DNA from: Cyanophora paradoxa CCMP329 | Taxonomy: Eukaryota > Plantae > Glaucophyta | Assembly: GCA_004431415.1 (NCBI GenBank) | Contig: QPMI01000237.1 | Coordinates: 1 to 64,000, forward strand | Reading direction: 5' to 3' | Length of the DNA stretch: 64,000 nt | Shown: in pieces, positions 1-13,482 of the stretch | Position numbering within the stretch: position 1 is the first letter of the stretch | Layout: the number at the start of each line of letters is the position of its first letter | The notes under the pieces: generated by a model | The model's input: the letters and a program-made list of their open reading frames with translations, nothing else | What the model was told of the DNA's origin: nothing | The model's database searches: none | Program-made: the position numbers and the translations under genes

Positions 1-317
1 GGCAGTCCCCACTGCCAGATTCCCCGACGTTCGGCACGCCTTCTAGAAGGGCCCTCGGAATTCACGCGTCCCTCTCCTCGACCGGGCAGCGCCGGGGGAT
101 CATAGCCGGCCAAACGTCTCTCCTAGGCGATCTGGCGCCGGCGGAGGCGCGGGGGACGTCGACGGCCGTGGGCGCACCGGCATAGACCCAGGATCGGACG
201 CTCTCGGTGCGCGTCTCATCGCTCTCCGGCGCGGTTGCGATCGCTGCTGTGGCCAGAACTTCCAGCGCCATCGATCTCGTAACTGCCGGTGACTGCCGAG
301 CTCGGTAACTGCTACAG

Positions 318-2604
318 AACACTGTGGAAGGTTCTAGGTCGCAATGTACCCCCCTGCCATTCGAGACCGCCCTGTACCCCGCGGGAGGCGAACGCCGAAC
401 GCTTTCGTCCCTCCGCGACCCGCCGGCGAGCGCGTCCTACAGATGCAAGTCAGCTGCAGGCCTTACGCGCACGTTCACGCTGACGTGGAAGGTTCGCGCG
501 CCCGCTGTATCATCTTCGTGAGCCTGATTTGGTGCACGGCACTGTACGCACGGTTCAGGTGAATGAGTACAGGTGAATGTGAACGCGCGGCGGTTGCGGC
601 GCCGCAGCGGTTGTGATGCTAACGACAGTCCCGGCAGCAAAATTCCTCTCAAAACCAAGAAGTTCAGCGATCCATTGAAGATCGGCGCGCGCTTCCCAGC
701 CGGTCGCCTGCGCATGCGGTCGCCTAGGCCGGGCGCCTAGGCCTGGTGCTCACATCGAGCTGTACTGCGGTTCATGCGCAGATGGAACCGAGTGGAGGCT
801 GGCAATACGGAAGGACGAGGAGCCCAGGGCGGTTGCGCTCACCTTGGCGGTGGCAGGAGGCAGGGAGTCGGTGCGCATGCGTACATCCACACTGTGCACC
901 CGGCCCGAGCGGGCCCGACGGAGGCGGGGCGGGGCAGCTGCTGGGGGTGAAGAAGAAGCTGCGGATGGTGTTCGTGGTGAAGCTGGGCGAGGACTGCGAG
1001 GGCTACAAGAAGACCTCCACCCGCACCGCCTGGTTCAGGCGCGCGCGCGCACGCGCCCCGGTCTGGCCCGGGGGGCGAGCTGGAGGCGGGGGCGGCAGCG
1101 CGGAGAGGGCGTCGCTGGGGGTGTACATCGCGCCGCACGAGACGGTGGAGCGGCGCATGCGCGGCGACTGCGCCCTCTTCAAGGCCCGCCCCGCCCCGCC
1201 CCGCCCCGCCCCGCCCGGGCCGAGCCGAGCGGGGCGCGCAGGTGAAGATCGAGGTCCTCGAGGTCCGCGCGAGCGCCCGCCCGGCCCGGCCCGCGCCCCC
1301 GGCCCGCCGGGCCCCGCCCCCGGCGGCCCCGCCGACGCCGCCCGTCGGGGCGGGGCGCAGGAAGAGACGGACGGGGAGCGGGCGGCGGCGGTGCCCTTCG
1401 GCGCCTTCCTCGACTCCGATTGCTTCGCTGACATCGGCCCGCCCCGCCGCCCGCGCCTCTGCCGGGCCGGCGGGGCTGACGGGGCGGGGCGACAGCGCTG
1501 GTGGTGCGGGGCCGGCGGGTGCCGGCGCACCGCGTCATCCTCGCCTCGGCGAGCCCCTACTGGCGCGCCCTCCTCACCAACGGGCCCGCCCCGCCCCGCC
1601 CGCCCGCCCGCCCGCCCGCCCGTTGACGCGGGGCCGGCAGGATGCGGGAGTCGGGGGCGAGCGAGGTGCGGCGCTGCGCCCCGGCCGCGCTGCGGGCGTG
1701 GGGCCGCCTCACGGCGCGGCAGATCGAGGTGGACAGCGACCCGGATGCCTTCCTCCACGTCCTCCGGTGCCCACCGCCCCCCGCCCCGCCCCGCCCCGCC
1801 CGGGCCCCCGGCCGGGGCGCTGAGGGGCGCCGCCGGCAGGTGGATGTACACGCTGGAGGCGCCCCTCGCCTCCGCCCACCGTCCGCCCCGCCCCGCACCC
1901 GCCCGCCCGTGCCGTGCGCCGGGGCCGAGGCGGGCGGGGGCGGGGCGGGCAGAGGCGGTGGCGGTGCTCGAGCTGGCGGACCTCTACGGCCTCGCGCCCC
2001 TCCGCGACGCCTGCTTCCGCTACCTCCGCCTTCGCCTCGCCCCCGCCAACGTCTTCGGGCCCGCCCCGCCCCGCCCGCCCCGCCCGCCCCGGGGCCCCGG
2101 CGAGGCGGGGCGGCAGGGTGTGGGCGCTGGCGGAGCGGCGGGCGGACGTGGCGACGGCGGCGGCGTGCCTGGCGTTCGCGGCGGAGCGGTTCGAGAAGGC
2201 GGTGCGGTGCGACCCGGGGGCGGTGCAGGCGGAGCAGCTGGGGCAGCTGCTCGGGTCGGACGCGCTGCTCGCCGAGTCGGAGGAGGAGGTCTTCCGCGTG
2301 CTCGAGGAGTGGGCCGCCCACTCGGAGGAGCACCGGGCGGCGCTGCCCGCGCTGCTGCCCCTCGTCCGCTGGCCCCGCATGCCCTCCCGCTTCCTCCGCG
2401 ACACCGTCGAGCGCTCCCCCCTCGTCGCCGCCCAGGCCCGCCCCGGCCCGCCCGCCCGCCCGCCCCGCCGGCTGCCGGCCGCGCCGACGCGGGGCGCAGG
2501 CGTGCATGAAGGAGCTGCTGCTGGAGGCGTACCGCTGCCACGCGCTGCGCGACGAGATGCGCGCGCCCGACAACCCCCGCGTCAAGCGCCGCCGCACCCG
2601 CTGA
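318..2604 (+). CDS. MATH-BTB-BACK domain protein (SPOP/KLHL-like CUL3 adaptor), multi-exon; 5' end unresolved and may lie before the window
   Basis: Hand-splicing 14 introns gives MATH-like TFTLTWK|VNEYS...KFSDPLKIDGTEWRLAIR, BTB FADIALVVRGRRVPAHRVILASASPYWRALLTNGMRES...DPDAFLHVLRWMYT...LELADLYGLAPLRDAC, and BACK LLGSDALLAESEEEVFRVLEEW...LLPLVRWPRM. Stop TGA at 2602-2604. Confidence 0.85.
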
Positions 2605-3019
2605 CCGGCGCGCGCACCGCGGCCGAGCCCGTCCCCCGGGCCCCGGCGCCCCGCCCCTCTTCCCCCTCCCGGCCGCGGCCAGTAATACTTAGGTGCACCT
2701 CTCTGAACCCTAGCTATATAGGCCTGTACAGTAGTCGATAAGAACAGGACCCCGGCATGGGAGGTCCAGGCAATCCCGGGAGGGGGGGGGGGCGGCGCAC
2801 GCGCCGCTCGCGGCGTCTCTCACTGTCACTCGTGGAAGATTGGCGATGCACACTGCGGGGCCTGGCTACTGAACAATCTACGGGGGCGGGGGGAGGGGCG
2901 GGGCGCTGGGTCGCTGAATCCGGAGCTCTGGATTCCGCTGCTTTAGCGGGGGTGCGCGGGGCGGGCGGACGGGGCGCCGCCGGCCGGGCCGCGCGAGGAG
3001 CCGGTGCGGGCGGGGCGGG

Positions 3020-4758
3020 TCACTCGGCGACGGGCTCGGAGGTGTAGTCGTGGAGGGCGCCGGTGGCGAAGAGGTCCTCCATCGCGTCGGCGTACTCGTC
3101 GTAGGAGACGGCGCGGTCGCCGTCCCGGTCCATCTCGAGGAAGGCGAGGGAGAGCATGCCCGGCGCGAAGCGGAACTCGTGGTCGAGGAGCGCCCCCAGG
3201 CGCCCCGGGGCGAGCGGGGCGCCGCCCTGCGAGTAGGCCCCGAACGCCGCCTTCACCTGCGCCACGTACCGCTCGTGCTCCGCTGCCGTCTGCGCCGGCG
3301 CGGCGCCCCGCGGGGTCAGCGGCGCCGGGGGCCCGGGGCGGGGCGGGCGGGGCGGGGCGGGGCGGGGCGGGGGCGGACGAGGCGGGCGGCGAGGGCGGCG
3401 AGCTCGTCGAGGGCGAGCTGGCCGCTGCGGTCCTCGTCGAGGCCCTCGAGGAGCTCCGCGAAGGTCACCCAGCCGTCCCCGTTCCCGTCCAGCGAGCCGG
3501 CGAGGTAGCGCCCGACGAGCGCCGCCGCCTCCCGCACCGAGACCGCCCCGTTGCGGTCCGCGTCGAGCCGCGCGTACTCGAAGTTGTCGAACCGCCCGTC
3601 CTGCCCGCCCCGTCGGCCTCGCGCGCCCCGCGGGGGCGGGGCGGGGGCGGGGCGCACGCGGTCGGCGTCGACGTCGGCGGGGGCGACGCGGGCGCCGGGG
3701 AGGCCCTTGGCCGCGTCGAACTTCTCCAGCGGCCGGTTGGCGACGCGGCCCGAGCCGAGCGTGGCGGAGAGCTCGAGGAGCTCCTCGCGCAGCAGGGGCC
3801 CCGCCGCGGGCGGCCGCCGTCGATGGAGACGGCGCCGGGGCGGCGGCGGGGATGCCTCCACGCGCCCCGCGAACATCTTCGGGGCCTCCTCCACGAACGA
3901 CACCGGGCCGCCGGCCCCCGCCGCCCCGGCGGGGCCCGTGGCGGGGACGGTGAAGCCGCCGGCGTGGCGCCCGGGGGCCGCGGGCTCCTCGGCGGGGGCG
4001 GGGAGGGTGGAGGGGGCGACGGTGAAGACGCTGGAGTCGAGGGAGACGGTGCTGTAGCGGGCCTCGCCCGCCAGGCTCGCCACCAGCTTCGGGTTCAGCG
4101 CGTACAGCGCCGACGTCGCCGGCGCCACCTGCCCCCGCCCCCCGGCCCCTCGGCCCCCGCACCGCCGCCGGGCCCCCGGCGCCCGCGCACCTCGCTGATC
4201 GGGAGCGGCTCCAGGTTGGCGTTCACCTGCGCCGGCTCCTCCACCATCGCCACCTTGCCGGCGCCGGTCAGGCCGGCAGGGGGGCGCGCCGGCACGCGGG
4301 GCGGCGGTCACCTCCTCCTCCCCGTCGTACTCGAAGGAGTCGACGGCGCTCGCCTCGGCGGCGAGCGGCGCCGAGGGCTCCACCAGCTCCGGCTCCTCGC
4401 CCGCGTAGTCCGCCCACTCCTGCGCCCCGCCGCTCGCCGAAAAGGACACACAAAGGAACGAAACGGGACCCCCTGGCCCCCGTGGAGCGCAGCGCCCAGC
4501 CGAGAAGACGCACGGTGGCTTCGATGAAGGTGCCCTTGCCGAGGCTGCGGAATGGCTCAAACGATTCCCAGGGCTGCTCTCCATCCACATTTAGAAGGTC
4601 TTCCTCGCTGAACAGTGCGAAAGAGCACCCGTCAGCAGGCAGGCGACGGGTCACGGCGATCCTTGGAGGGCTCCGGCGGTTAGTCGGGCCCTGTCGCTCG
4701 CGAACCTGGGAAGGCCGGGCCTGGCCACGGCATGCGATGCATGCGCCGGGGCCACCAT
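3020..4758 (-). CDS. EF-hand calcium-binding protein with low-complexity N-terminus, multi-exon; start uncertain
   Basis: Repeated EF-hand loops DADRNGAVSVRE, DGNGDGWVTFAE, DEDRSGQLALDE and DRDGDRAVSYDE. Stop at 3020-3022. Confidence 0.75.
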
Positions 4759-5294
4759 GGCCGGTCAAAACCCCTGCAGCAGGCTTGCTGCGGAGCTCGG
4801 CGTCTGTACCCGGCCGAGGTTGGTGAACCGAACTGCTGGCTCTCAAGCGACCTCCAGGCGGAACAAATCCATGCCGCTGACTCGATGCTGAGGGCTGGTT
4901 CAGCGGGAACCCCCTCCGGGCCTAGGCCTGCGGCACCGGCATGGCACTAGTACTGGCAAGCTTAAGATGCATCAAATTCTCGTGCGCATGCATGGCTTTA
5001 AATTCAATTCTGACAGTATATATCGTTATGAGATGCCAAGATGGTTCTAAAAGCCTGCCGAGGCCACGATCTAGATATTGCCACTCGGCCGGCCATGGTG
5101 CCAGGCTGTGATCATGACACAGCTCCAGCTCTGCCGGCGCATAGAGCGCACCGGGGGCCGAGACGGGGCGGCCATCTGCACGTGCACGCGTCCGTGCCCG
5201 GGAGCAGAGACAGTAGCTAGCGGGGGCCCAGGGGGCCCTTGCGAAGCGCGGGGCGTTCTTAAATTTGCAATGAGCGGGCGGGCCTCGGGGCGGG

Positions 5295-6687
5295 CTACTT
5301 CTTCTTGCGGGCGCCGCCGGCGGATTCGGACTCGCGGATCGTCAGCTTCGACTCCAGCTCGACCAGTTTCGCCATCAGGGTCTCCTCCTGCGCGCCCCGG
5401 AGCCTCGGCGCGTGCGGGGCGGGGCGGGGCGGGGCGGGGCGGGCCTGGCCCTTGAGCTGGGAGCGGAGCTCGTCGACGTGCCTGCGGACGAGCTCGGAGA
5501 CCATCATGCTCACGTCCCGCACCCTCGTCCCCTCCACCTCCGCCCCGAACTCCTCCTCCAGCTGCCCCGCTGCCCCGCCCCCGTCACCCTCCGCCCCCCG
5601 CCGCGGGCCCGGGCGGCCCTCACCGATGATCTGGTCTACCGTCGGCTTTGGCTCCTCCTGCGAGCGCGCGGGTCGGCGGGGCCGGGAGGGGGCCGGGGGG
5701 CGCGGGGCGGGCGCCGGCGCACGGGGGCTGGCGGCTCGGGCTCGGGGGTCTTTGGGGGCTCGGGGGGGATGTACTCGGACAGGGGTATGGGGACGGCGGC
5801 GGTTTCGACGAACAGGCGCCGCCGCGTGCGGATCTCCTCCCGGTCGTTGGCGAGGCAGTACATGTAGAGCTTGTAGTGCTGGAAGAACCTGCCCGGCGGG
5901 GTCGGCCGGGGGTCGGCCGGGCGGGGGCCGCGGAGGCGGGGGGAAGGGGGGGGGGGTTATAGGACGGGGCGGGGCGCACGTGCTGGTGACGAAGTCGGTG
6001 ATGAGGCGGACCTCCTCGGCGCTGAACAGGCGGAAGCTCCCCGGCTCCCGCTGCACCGCGCAGTTCGTCAGCCGCACCCGCAGGTCCTTGAAGCACTCCT
6101 CCACAGGCGGCCGCTTCGCTGCGCCCCGCACCCCCGTCACGCGCCGCGGCCGGCAGCAGCAGCCTGGGGTTCGCCGGCGCACCCCGCGCGTTGTCGAAGA
6201 CCGCCTTCAGTACGGTGAACAGTATAGAGATCTTGTCGTCCGAAAAGCTGTTCTCCTTCGCGAACCTGCGGGGCGTGAGGCGGGCGGCCGCAGGGCGCAA
6301 GCCACCACCCGCACATCATCGTGAAGAAATGGAAGTCGAGCGCTATGGAGCTTTGCAGGTTTGTAGCATGGTCCTTGATGTTCAATGCCTCAGCGAGTAA
6401 CCTGCAGCGCCCGCGTCTCGCAGCTAAGCCGCCCGCGCCGGCGGCTGGTTAGCTAGAATGGACGCGCCTCTGGGCTTCCTCTGGATCTTTCGCCTGTATA
6501 ATGTCCTGTATCTGCTTCTGCGATAGCGTCTGCCAGAGCGCCTTCGTCTGCAGCAACGAGTGAGCGCGGATTTGGGGAGGCTCAGGCGCGTCCGAACCCG
6601 CGGGGATGGCGGAGGTGGGGGTGGCGGTGGTGGTGCTTCCTCCTCGGGCGGAGGCGTGGGCTGTACGGGCGCGTTTTTGGGCGGCAT
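5295..6687 (-). CDS. CFAP119: Cilia- and flagella-associated protein 119 (CCDC189 family), multi-exon
   Basis: Spliced product contains IALDFHFFTMMFAKENSFSDDKISILFTVLK...CAVQREPGSFRLFSAEEVRLITDFVTSTFFQHYKLYMYCL, which matches the CFAP119/C1a-32 family as I recall it. Followed by a C-terminal coiled coil. Confidence 0.75.
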
Positions 6688-6855
6688 CGCTGGGGTACTG
6701 CGAAAGGAGAGTTGCAGGTCGTACCCAACTATCAAGGCAACCGAACCCTCAACCCGTTGAAAAGCCCCGCAGACGTCGTACGGAGCTAAAGGAAAAGTTG
6801 GAGAGGCGCAGCAACAGCTGTCTGTTCCACCCGCTCCACTCGCCGCCGTCTAAGA

Positions 6856-7720
6856 ATGGCTGGGAAGCCGCCAAAGCCCACGAAGAGCTCCTCGGCGGCA
6901 CAGGGACTCATCTCTGACGGTACAGCCAGCCTGCAGCTGCCACCGGCGGCGCGCAGCTAACTCGGTGCGCAGAGACGTCCAGAGAGCACGGCACAGGCGC
7001 GACGTCGCCGGCGAGGACATCGCCTGCGCGGAACACGCTGCAGAGGGACAAGTCGCAGCAAGTAGGGATCAAGATAGACGAGGAGGAGGTGCGCCCGCCG
7101 CCCGCCGTGTCTGCCTCGGCGTGCAGCTGAGGGGCGGGGCAGCTGCGGGCGGCGTTTGAGTTCTTCGACGTGAACGGGAAGGGGAAGCTGACGCCGGCGG
7201 ACCTGAAGGCGCGGCTGACGGCGTTCTACAAGAACCTGCCCGTCCGCGAGTACAAGTTCCTCATCTCGGAGCCGGACTTCACGCTCAAGACCCTCACGAA
7301 GCTGCTCCAGGACAACGAGCTCACCAACTTCGACCCCGTCAAGGAGGCCTTCAAGGTGCCGCCGCCGGGGCGGGCGCGGGGGGGGCGGGGGCGGGGTGAG
7401 GCGGGGCGGGGGCGCAGCTGTACGACCCGCAGGAAACGGGCTTCGTGGACGCGGAGGTGCTGCGGCAGATCTTCGTCAACCTCGGCTACGGCGAAATCTC
7501 CCCCGTGCGCCCCCGGCCCCGGCCCGGCCCCGGCCCCGGCCCAGGCGCGGGCCCCCGGGGCGGCGGCCGACGGCCCGGGGGCGGGCAGGAGGACCTGCAG
7601 GTGCTGATCGAGTGCGCGGACGTGGACGGTGACGGGCGCATCTCCCTCGAGGACTTCCGCAACATGCTCACCTTCAACCGCCAGAAGGCCGCCGCCACCC
7701 CCGCCACCGGCAAGCGATAG
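6856..7720 (+). CDS. Calmodulin-like EF-hand protein, multi-exon
   Basis: LRAAFEFFDVNGKGKLTPADL...DPVKEAFKLYDPQETGFVDAEVLRQIFVNLG...ECADVDGDGRISLEDFRNML. ATG at 6856, TAG at 7718-7720. Confidence 0.85.
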
Positions 7721-8023
7721 CGCCCCGCCCCGCCCCCCGCCTCTCCCGCCGGACCCTCCGCCCAGCGCCCCGAGAGTCGCCCCCCGCCCCCCCCCGCGCC
7801 CTCCAAGAGACCCGCGAGCCTCGTTTCCCCCCTCCTTCCCTTATATTCGAACGGAGTCGTGTGTGGCACTAGCTGTATACGTCGACTCGAAAGCTGCGTA
7901 TGGACAAGGTATCTGGGGCTGGTCCTCCTGATGCGCGGAGGCCGGCCCGTGCGTGGCGGGCGGCCGGCGGGACACGCCGGCAACGTCCGGACTCGGGCCC
8001 GGTCAAAACTGCTGCCGGGCCAT

Positions 8024-10029
8024 CTACTGAGCGGGGCGCTCGAGGCGGGCAGGGCGGGCGGGGCGGCTAGCGGGGGGAGGGGAGCTCGGGGATGGCGGGG
8101 CGGAAGGCGCCGGGCTGGGGCCCCGTGCGCGCGGCGGCGAGGCACGGCGAGCTCTCCGGGTGCGAGCGGGGCCCGTGCGAGTGCCCCGCGGGGGCCGACG
8201 CCGTCTGCTCGGGCGGCGCGTGCGGCCCGGCCCCGCGGGCGGCGCCGGGTCGTCCTGGGACGGGGCGGCGGGGAGACGGCCATGGAGGAGAGGGCGGCGC
8301 CGACCGAGGCGCACCGCCGCACCTCCTCCTGCTGCGACGGGCGCCGGTGCTTCGTGGCCGGCCCCCCGCCGCGAACGCCGGGTCCCGCGGCGTCGGCCGC
8401 ACCAGGCCCGCCGCCGACCCCTTGTCCGCCACCAGCCGCGCTGCCGCCCGTCGGCCCTGCCCCGCGCGCGGCGCCGGCAAGGGCGGGAGGGCACCGACGG
8501 GCCGGAGGGGATGGGGCGGAGGGGCGCGCGGGCCGAAGTCGGCGGGGCGGCTGCTCGACGGTAAAGGGTTCTTGGGGTGGGCATGGCGGCCGGGGCGGCC
8601 CGTGCGGGCGCTGGTTGTTGGAGATCGGCGTCGGCGTGCTGGGGCGCTGCAGCAGGCGGATCGCCGCGTTCTTGCACGCCAGCGTCCGCTTCGGCCCGGG
8701 CGGCGTCCCCCGCGGCCCCGCCGCTTCTCCCCCTCCGCGCCCCCTCGCCCTGGCCGGCGGCCTCGGGGACGGGCCCCTGGTGGGGCACCAGCGAGGGGCC
8801 GCCCGGCGCCGGCGAGAAGGAGCGCTGCGTGCCGGCGAGGGCCGCCGCCGCCGCTACCGCCGCGGCCGCCCCCGTGGGCGTCCCCCGGCCCGTCGGCGTT
8901 CCGAAGCCCGAGACGCCGTGCGGGCGCCGGATGGGCCCCGCCGGCACCGAGCAGAGGGGCGGAGGCGCCTCCGAGGGCCGCAGCGGGCGCGGCCCGCACG
9001 GCGACATCTCCGTGGGCGACGCGCTCTGCGACGGGTGCGACTGCCCCGCGTCAGCCCCGGCGCGTGCGCCAGAGGCCCCGGGCCGGGCGGCGCACCTCGC
9101 CAATGGGGCAGAAGCGGGCCGGGGAGAAGGGCCCGGGCCCCGGGTCGGAGGCGGGCGGGGTGCTCATGCCGATGCGCGGCACGGCGCGCTCGTCGCCCGT
9201 CTCGGGCGCGGGGCCCGCCGGCGCCACCGTGATCACCGCCCCCGCGACCTTCCGCGGCGGCGCCGGCGCCGCCCCCTGCACCGTGTGCCACTCTGCCGCC
9301 GGCGCGTCAGGTGGAGCGGGCGAGCGGTGCGGGGCACGGGGCGGCACCGGAGTGGCTCTCGTCGGCGTGGACGAAGCGGAAGGGCTCGGGCTGGGGCGAG
9401 GCGTGCGGGACGTGGGCGTCGGGCTGCGGGTGGATGGACCAGGTGGGGGCCGGGTTGTGCATCGTCTCCAGCGCGTGCGCCTCCAGCGCGTGCTCGTCCA
9501 TCGCGTGGTGCCCCTCGTCCACCTCCATCCCCCTGCCCCGCCCCTCAGCGCTTGCCGCCTCCAAGGCGCGCAGCACCGCCCTGCCCGAAGCGTGCGCACC
9601 CCGGGACCTCCGGCGCGTTCAACGGAAGGCACTTGATCGCGGGGGCCGGCCGCTCCGTCGGGGGCGAGTGGGGAACGTGGGTCGCGCTCCAGAACACGGG
9701 ATGCGGGATCTCGTGGTGTATCTCATGATGCAGCGGGCACGGCCCTGCGAGGTGGGCGTCGGAAGGGTTAGCCGCGTCGGCACCGTCTCATGGCGGATAG
9801 CCAACGTGGCCGGCGATCAGGTCGATCGGCTGGACAATCGGTGCAAAAGGGAGACCAAAGGGTCAAACGCGCTAAGCCGGTCATCTAGAGGGGTGCCCGG
9901 CACGGGAAAGCCCTGTGACGCCCCCCGTCCGGATGTCGCACCGTCCCCATCGAGTATGCATCCGGGCGGCTCGTGATGCTCATGCTGATGCTCGCCATCC
10001 ACGAGGCGGTGCTCTACCCGACTCGCCAT
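8024..10029 (-). CDS. Hypothetical low-complexity protein with His-rich N-terminus and Pro/Ser/Ala-rich body; 3' end approximate
   Basis: Spliced MASRVEHRLVDGEHQHEHHEPPGCILDGDGPCPLHHEIHHEIPHPVFW...MEVDEGHHAMDEHALEAH. Host-type introns and codon pattern. No recognisable domain. Confidence 0.45.
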
Positions 10030-10442
10030 TTGTACTCGCTCGTAACGCGCCTCGGAACTCTTTGTGTGTTCCTGCCTCCAGCACGCTTCTGGCACGTTGC
10101 TGGCGTCTAGCACGTCAGACACGTCGGACAAGGGCTCTGGCACGATGAAGTCGACGTGGAATCGCTAGATCGATATCGCTCCTCCTGCAATCGCTCCTTG
10201 GAGTGGCAGTTTCGAATCCGGCCGAGGCAGTTTCGATCCGACCAGACAAGCGTCCGCGCTCTCCGACGCCGTTCGGGCGCCCGTGGCACCCGCAAGGACG
10301 TGCCGCAACGGCGAACGGCGCGAACGACGAGAATTGACCGGCAGCGTGCCCATTTCGCGCGGCAGGCTTCGCATCATCGGAGCGCCTCGTCCGGCGTTCA
10401 GGCGTGAGCGTGAGCGAACAGCGGCGGTAGATACAAGCGGCC

Positions 10443-13270
10443 ATGACGAGCCGCGAGCCCATCATTCGGGAGGAGTCGGATGAGGACGAGGAGGAGTCGA
10501 AGCCGACGTCGGGCAATGCAGGCGCGACCTCGGACCTCGCAAAGCAGGACAACCTGGAGGTGCAGCTCGCGGAGATGCTTGACGACGACCTCGATGGCCT
10601 GGAGGAAATCGGTGCGTTGCTGGGGCGCTGCGGCCGGGCGCGGGAGCGGGGCGAGCGCTGACGCGCCCTGCGGGGCGGCAGACGAGGACATGAACAAGTT
10701 CCAGCAGGACGACCTCGTGAAGGACGCGCTGCTCAAGGGCGTAGACCTGCGGGAATACGCGCGGGAGGTGGAGGCGAACCTGCGCGAGGTCGAGAAGGCC
10801 TCCATCACCGACTGTGCGCCCCGCGCCGCCCGCCGGGACGCCGCCTCCGCTGCCGCCGCCGCCGCCGCGGGCCGAAGGCGGGGCTCGGGACAGACATCAA
10901 GGAGAGCAACAACCTGGCCTCGCTGCACAGCCAGATCCGGCAGTGCGACGCGGTGCTGGAGCGCATGGAGAAGATGCTGAGCGGCTTCCAGGTGCGAGCC
11001 GCGGGGCGGGGGCGGGCGGCGGGGCCTGAGGGGCGCGCAGGGGGACCTGGGGAGCATCAGCTCGGAGATCAAGCACCTGCAGGACGAGTCGATGAGCATG
11101 AACATCAAAGTCCGCAACCGCAAGGTGCGCGGGCCTGGGCGGGGCGGGGCGGGGCGGGGCGGGCCGATGGGGGCGGCAGGCGGCGGAGAAGAAGCTCGGC
11201 AAGTTCATCGAGCGCGTCGTCGTGCCCCCGGACCTCATCACGTCCGCCCGCCCCGCCCCGCCCGCCCCGCCCCGCCCGCGGGGGCCGCTGACGGGGCGGC
11301 AGGAACATCTGCGACGGGGAGGTGAACGAGGGGTACGTGGAGTACCTGCAGCAGCTGGACCGGAAGATCGAGAGCATCGAGGCGGGGAGCACGAAGGACA
11401 CGCTCGCCTCCCGCGACCTCGAGCCCCAGATCGAGAAGCTCCGCATGAAGGCCCGCACCCCGCCCCGCCCCGCCCCGCTCTTGGGCGAGCCGGGCGCAGG
11501 CGGTGGCCAAGGTGCGGGAGTTCCTGCTGACCCGCATCCACGCCCTCAAGAAGCCCAAGACGAACATCCAGATCATCCAGCAGGCCCGCCCTCCCTCCCG
11601 CGCGCCGGCCGGGGCCGCCGCGCGAGCGGGGGGCGGGGGGCGCAGAACGTGCTGCTCAAGTTCAAGTACTTCAACCAGTTCCTGGCGGACAACGGGCGGG
11701 AGGCGTTCCTGGAGGTGCGGGAGACGTACGTCGACATCCTCTCGAAGATCTACCAGCAGTACTTCAAGGGCTACATCGCCTCCCTCGCCAAGCTCCAGTA
11801 CGACGTCGCCAACAAGAACGACCTCCTCGGCGTCGACGAGAAGGAGTCCCGCAGTCCGCCCGCCCCCCGCCCCCGTCCCCGGCCGGGGCCTGAGGGGGCG
11901 GCGCAGCGCTCTTCGGGGCGAAGCCGGACCCGAAGGCGCGGTACGCGGTCTTCTCGCTGGGGGAGCGGGGGACGGTGCTGCAGGAAGTCGAGAACCCGCA
12001 GCCGATCATCCCGCACATGGCGGCGCAGGCGGGCCACAAGTTCACCTTCGAGTTCATCTTCCGCTCGGTGATGCTGCTGCTGATGGACACGTGCACGGCC
12101 GAGTACCTCTTCTGCGTCGACTTCTTCGGGCGCAACAAGGACATGTTCTCGTTGATCTTCGCCCGCACCATCGCCCTCGTCGTCGAGGCCGTCGAGGCCT
12201 ACGTCGCCTCCTCGTACGACTGCATCGGCGTCCTCCTCATGATCCGCGTCACCCAGCAGCAGCAGGCCGCCATGCTCAAGCGCCGCGTCCCCGTCCTCGA
12301 CGCCCTCTTCGACCGGTCCGCCCCGCCCGCCCGCCCCGGGGCGAGGGGCGCGGCCCGACGGGGCCCCGGGCAGGTACAACCTGCTGCTGTGGCCGCGCTT
12401 CAAGGCGATCTTCGACGCGCACGTGGACAGCGTGCGCCAGGCGCAGTCCGTCAAGCGCCTCTGGACCACCGACGTCCACCCCCACTACGTCCGCCCCCCG
12501 CTCCGCCTGCCCTCCCGCCCGCCCCGGGGTCGGTGCGAGGGGGCGGGGGGCGGGCAGATGACGCGGCGGTACGCGGAGCTGAGCGCGGCGCTCTCGGCGC
12601 TGAACCGCGAGGCCGGGGACGACTCGCTGCGCACGGCGCTGGCGACGCTGCGGCTCGAGGTGGCCAAGCTAATCGCGCGGATGGCGGCCGAGCACTCGCA
12701 GCACATCGCCAAGATCGTCTTCCTCATCAACAACTACGACCTGATCACGGGGGTGTGCGCGGAGCGGGGCGTGGAGAGCGAGGACGGGAGCTACTTCGGG
12801 GAGCAGCTGGCGCAGCAGACGAGCTTCTTCGTGGAGGAGGAGCTCGGGGCCTCCTACGGCAAGCTCATCTCCTTCGTCAAGCGCACCGAGCCGCTCCTCT
12901 CCGCCCCCACCTTCAACCCCGAGCGCCCGCCCGTGGACCCCGCCGAGGTCGAGAAGCTCGTCAAGGAGTTCAACGCGCGCTGGAAGCAGGGGATCGAGGG
13001 GATGAACGCCGACGTCATGAAGTACTTCTCCAACTTCAAGATCGGGATGGAGATCCTCAAGCAGGCCCTCACGCAACTGCTCCTCTACTACACCCGCTTC
13101 CTCGACATCGTCAAGAAGTGCTTCAAGAACCCGCCCTTCAGCCGCGACATCGTCTCCATCCCCAACATCATGTCCGCCCGCCCCGCCCCGCCCCGCCTCC
13201 TTGCCCCGCCGCCCCCGCCGAGCCGGGCACCCACAGGTACGAGATCCGGCAGTACTCGCGCCAGATCTGA
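10443..13270 (+). CDS. VPS52: GARP/EARP complex subunit Vps52, 12 exons
   Basis: GVDLREYAREVE...DYIKESNNLASLHSQIRQCDAVLERMEKMLSGFQGDLGSISSEIKHLQDES...KKPKTNIQIIQQNVLLKFKY...PHYMTRRYAE...FLINNYDLI...LTQLLLYYTRF, all diagnostic of Vps52/Sac2. Confidence 0.95.
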
Positions 13271-13382
13271 GGACCCTCCCCTCCCCGCCCCGCCCCGCTC
13301 CACCCGCACCCCTCCCCTCCGGCCCCTCCTCGCAAGTCCCCTCCAAAATCGCTCCTTGCAACAGCTGCAGGGCGCGGGGCGT

Positions 13383-13482
13383 CTAGTACTCGGGCCAGTT
13401 GGTGGCCGCGGGGCCGCCGGCGGGCTGGGCGGGGGTGGGCTGGGCGTAGGGGTACGGGGCGGGGGGGGAGGATGGGGGGTAG
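13383..13482 (-). pseudogene. Orphan 3' end of a paralogue of the gene at 16043-18105
   Basis: Encodes YPPSSPPAPYPYAQPTPAQPAGGPAATNWPEY*, versus YTEGPVPYPFAQPASAQPAPGPAATDWPEY* at 16043. Similarity stops abruptly near 13482. Confidence 0.75.
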
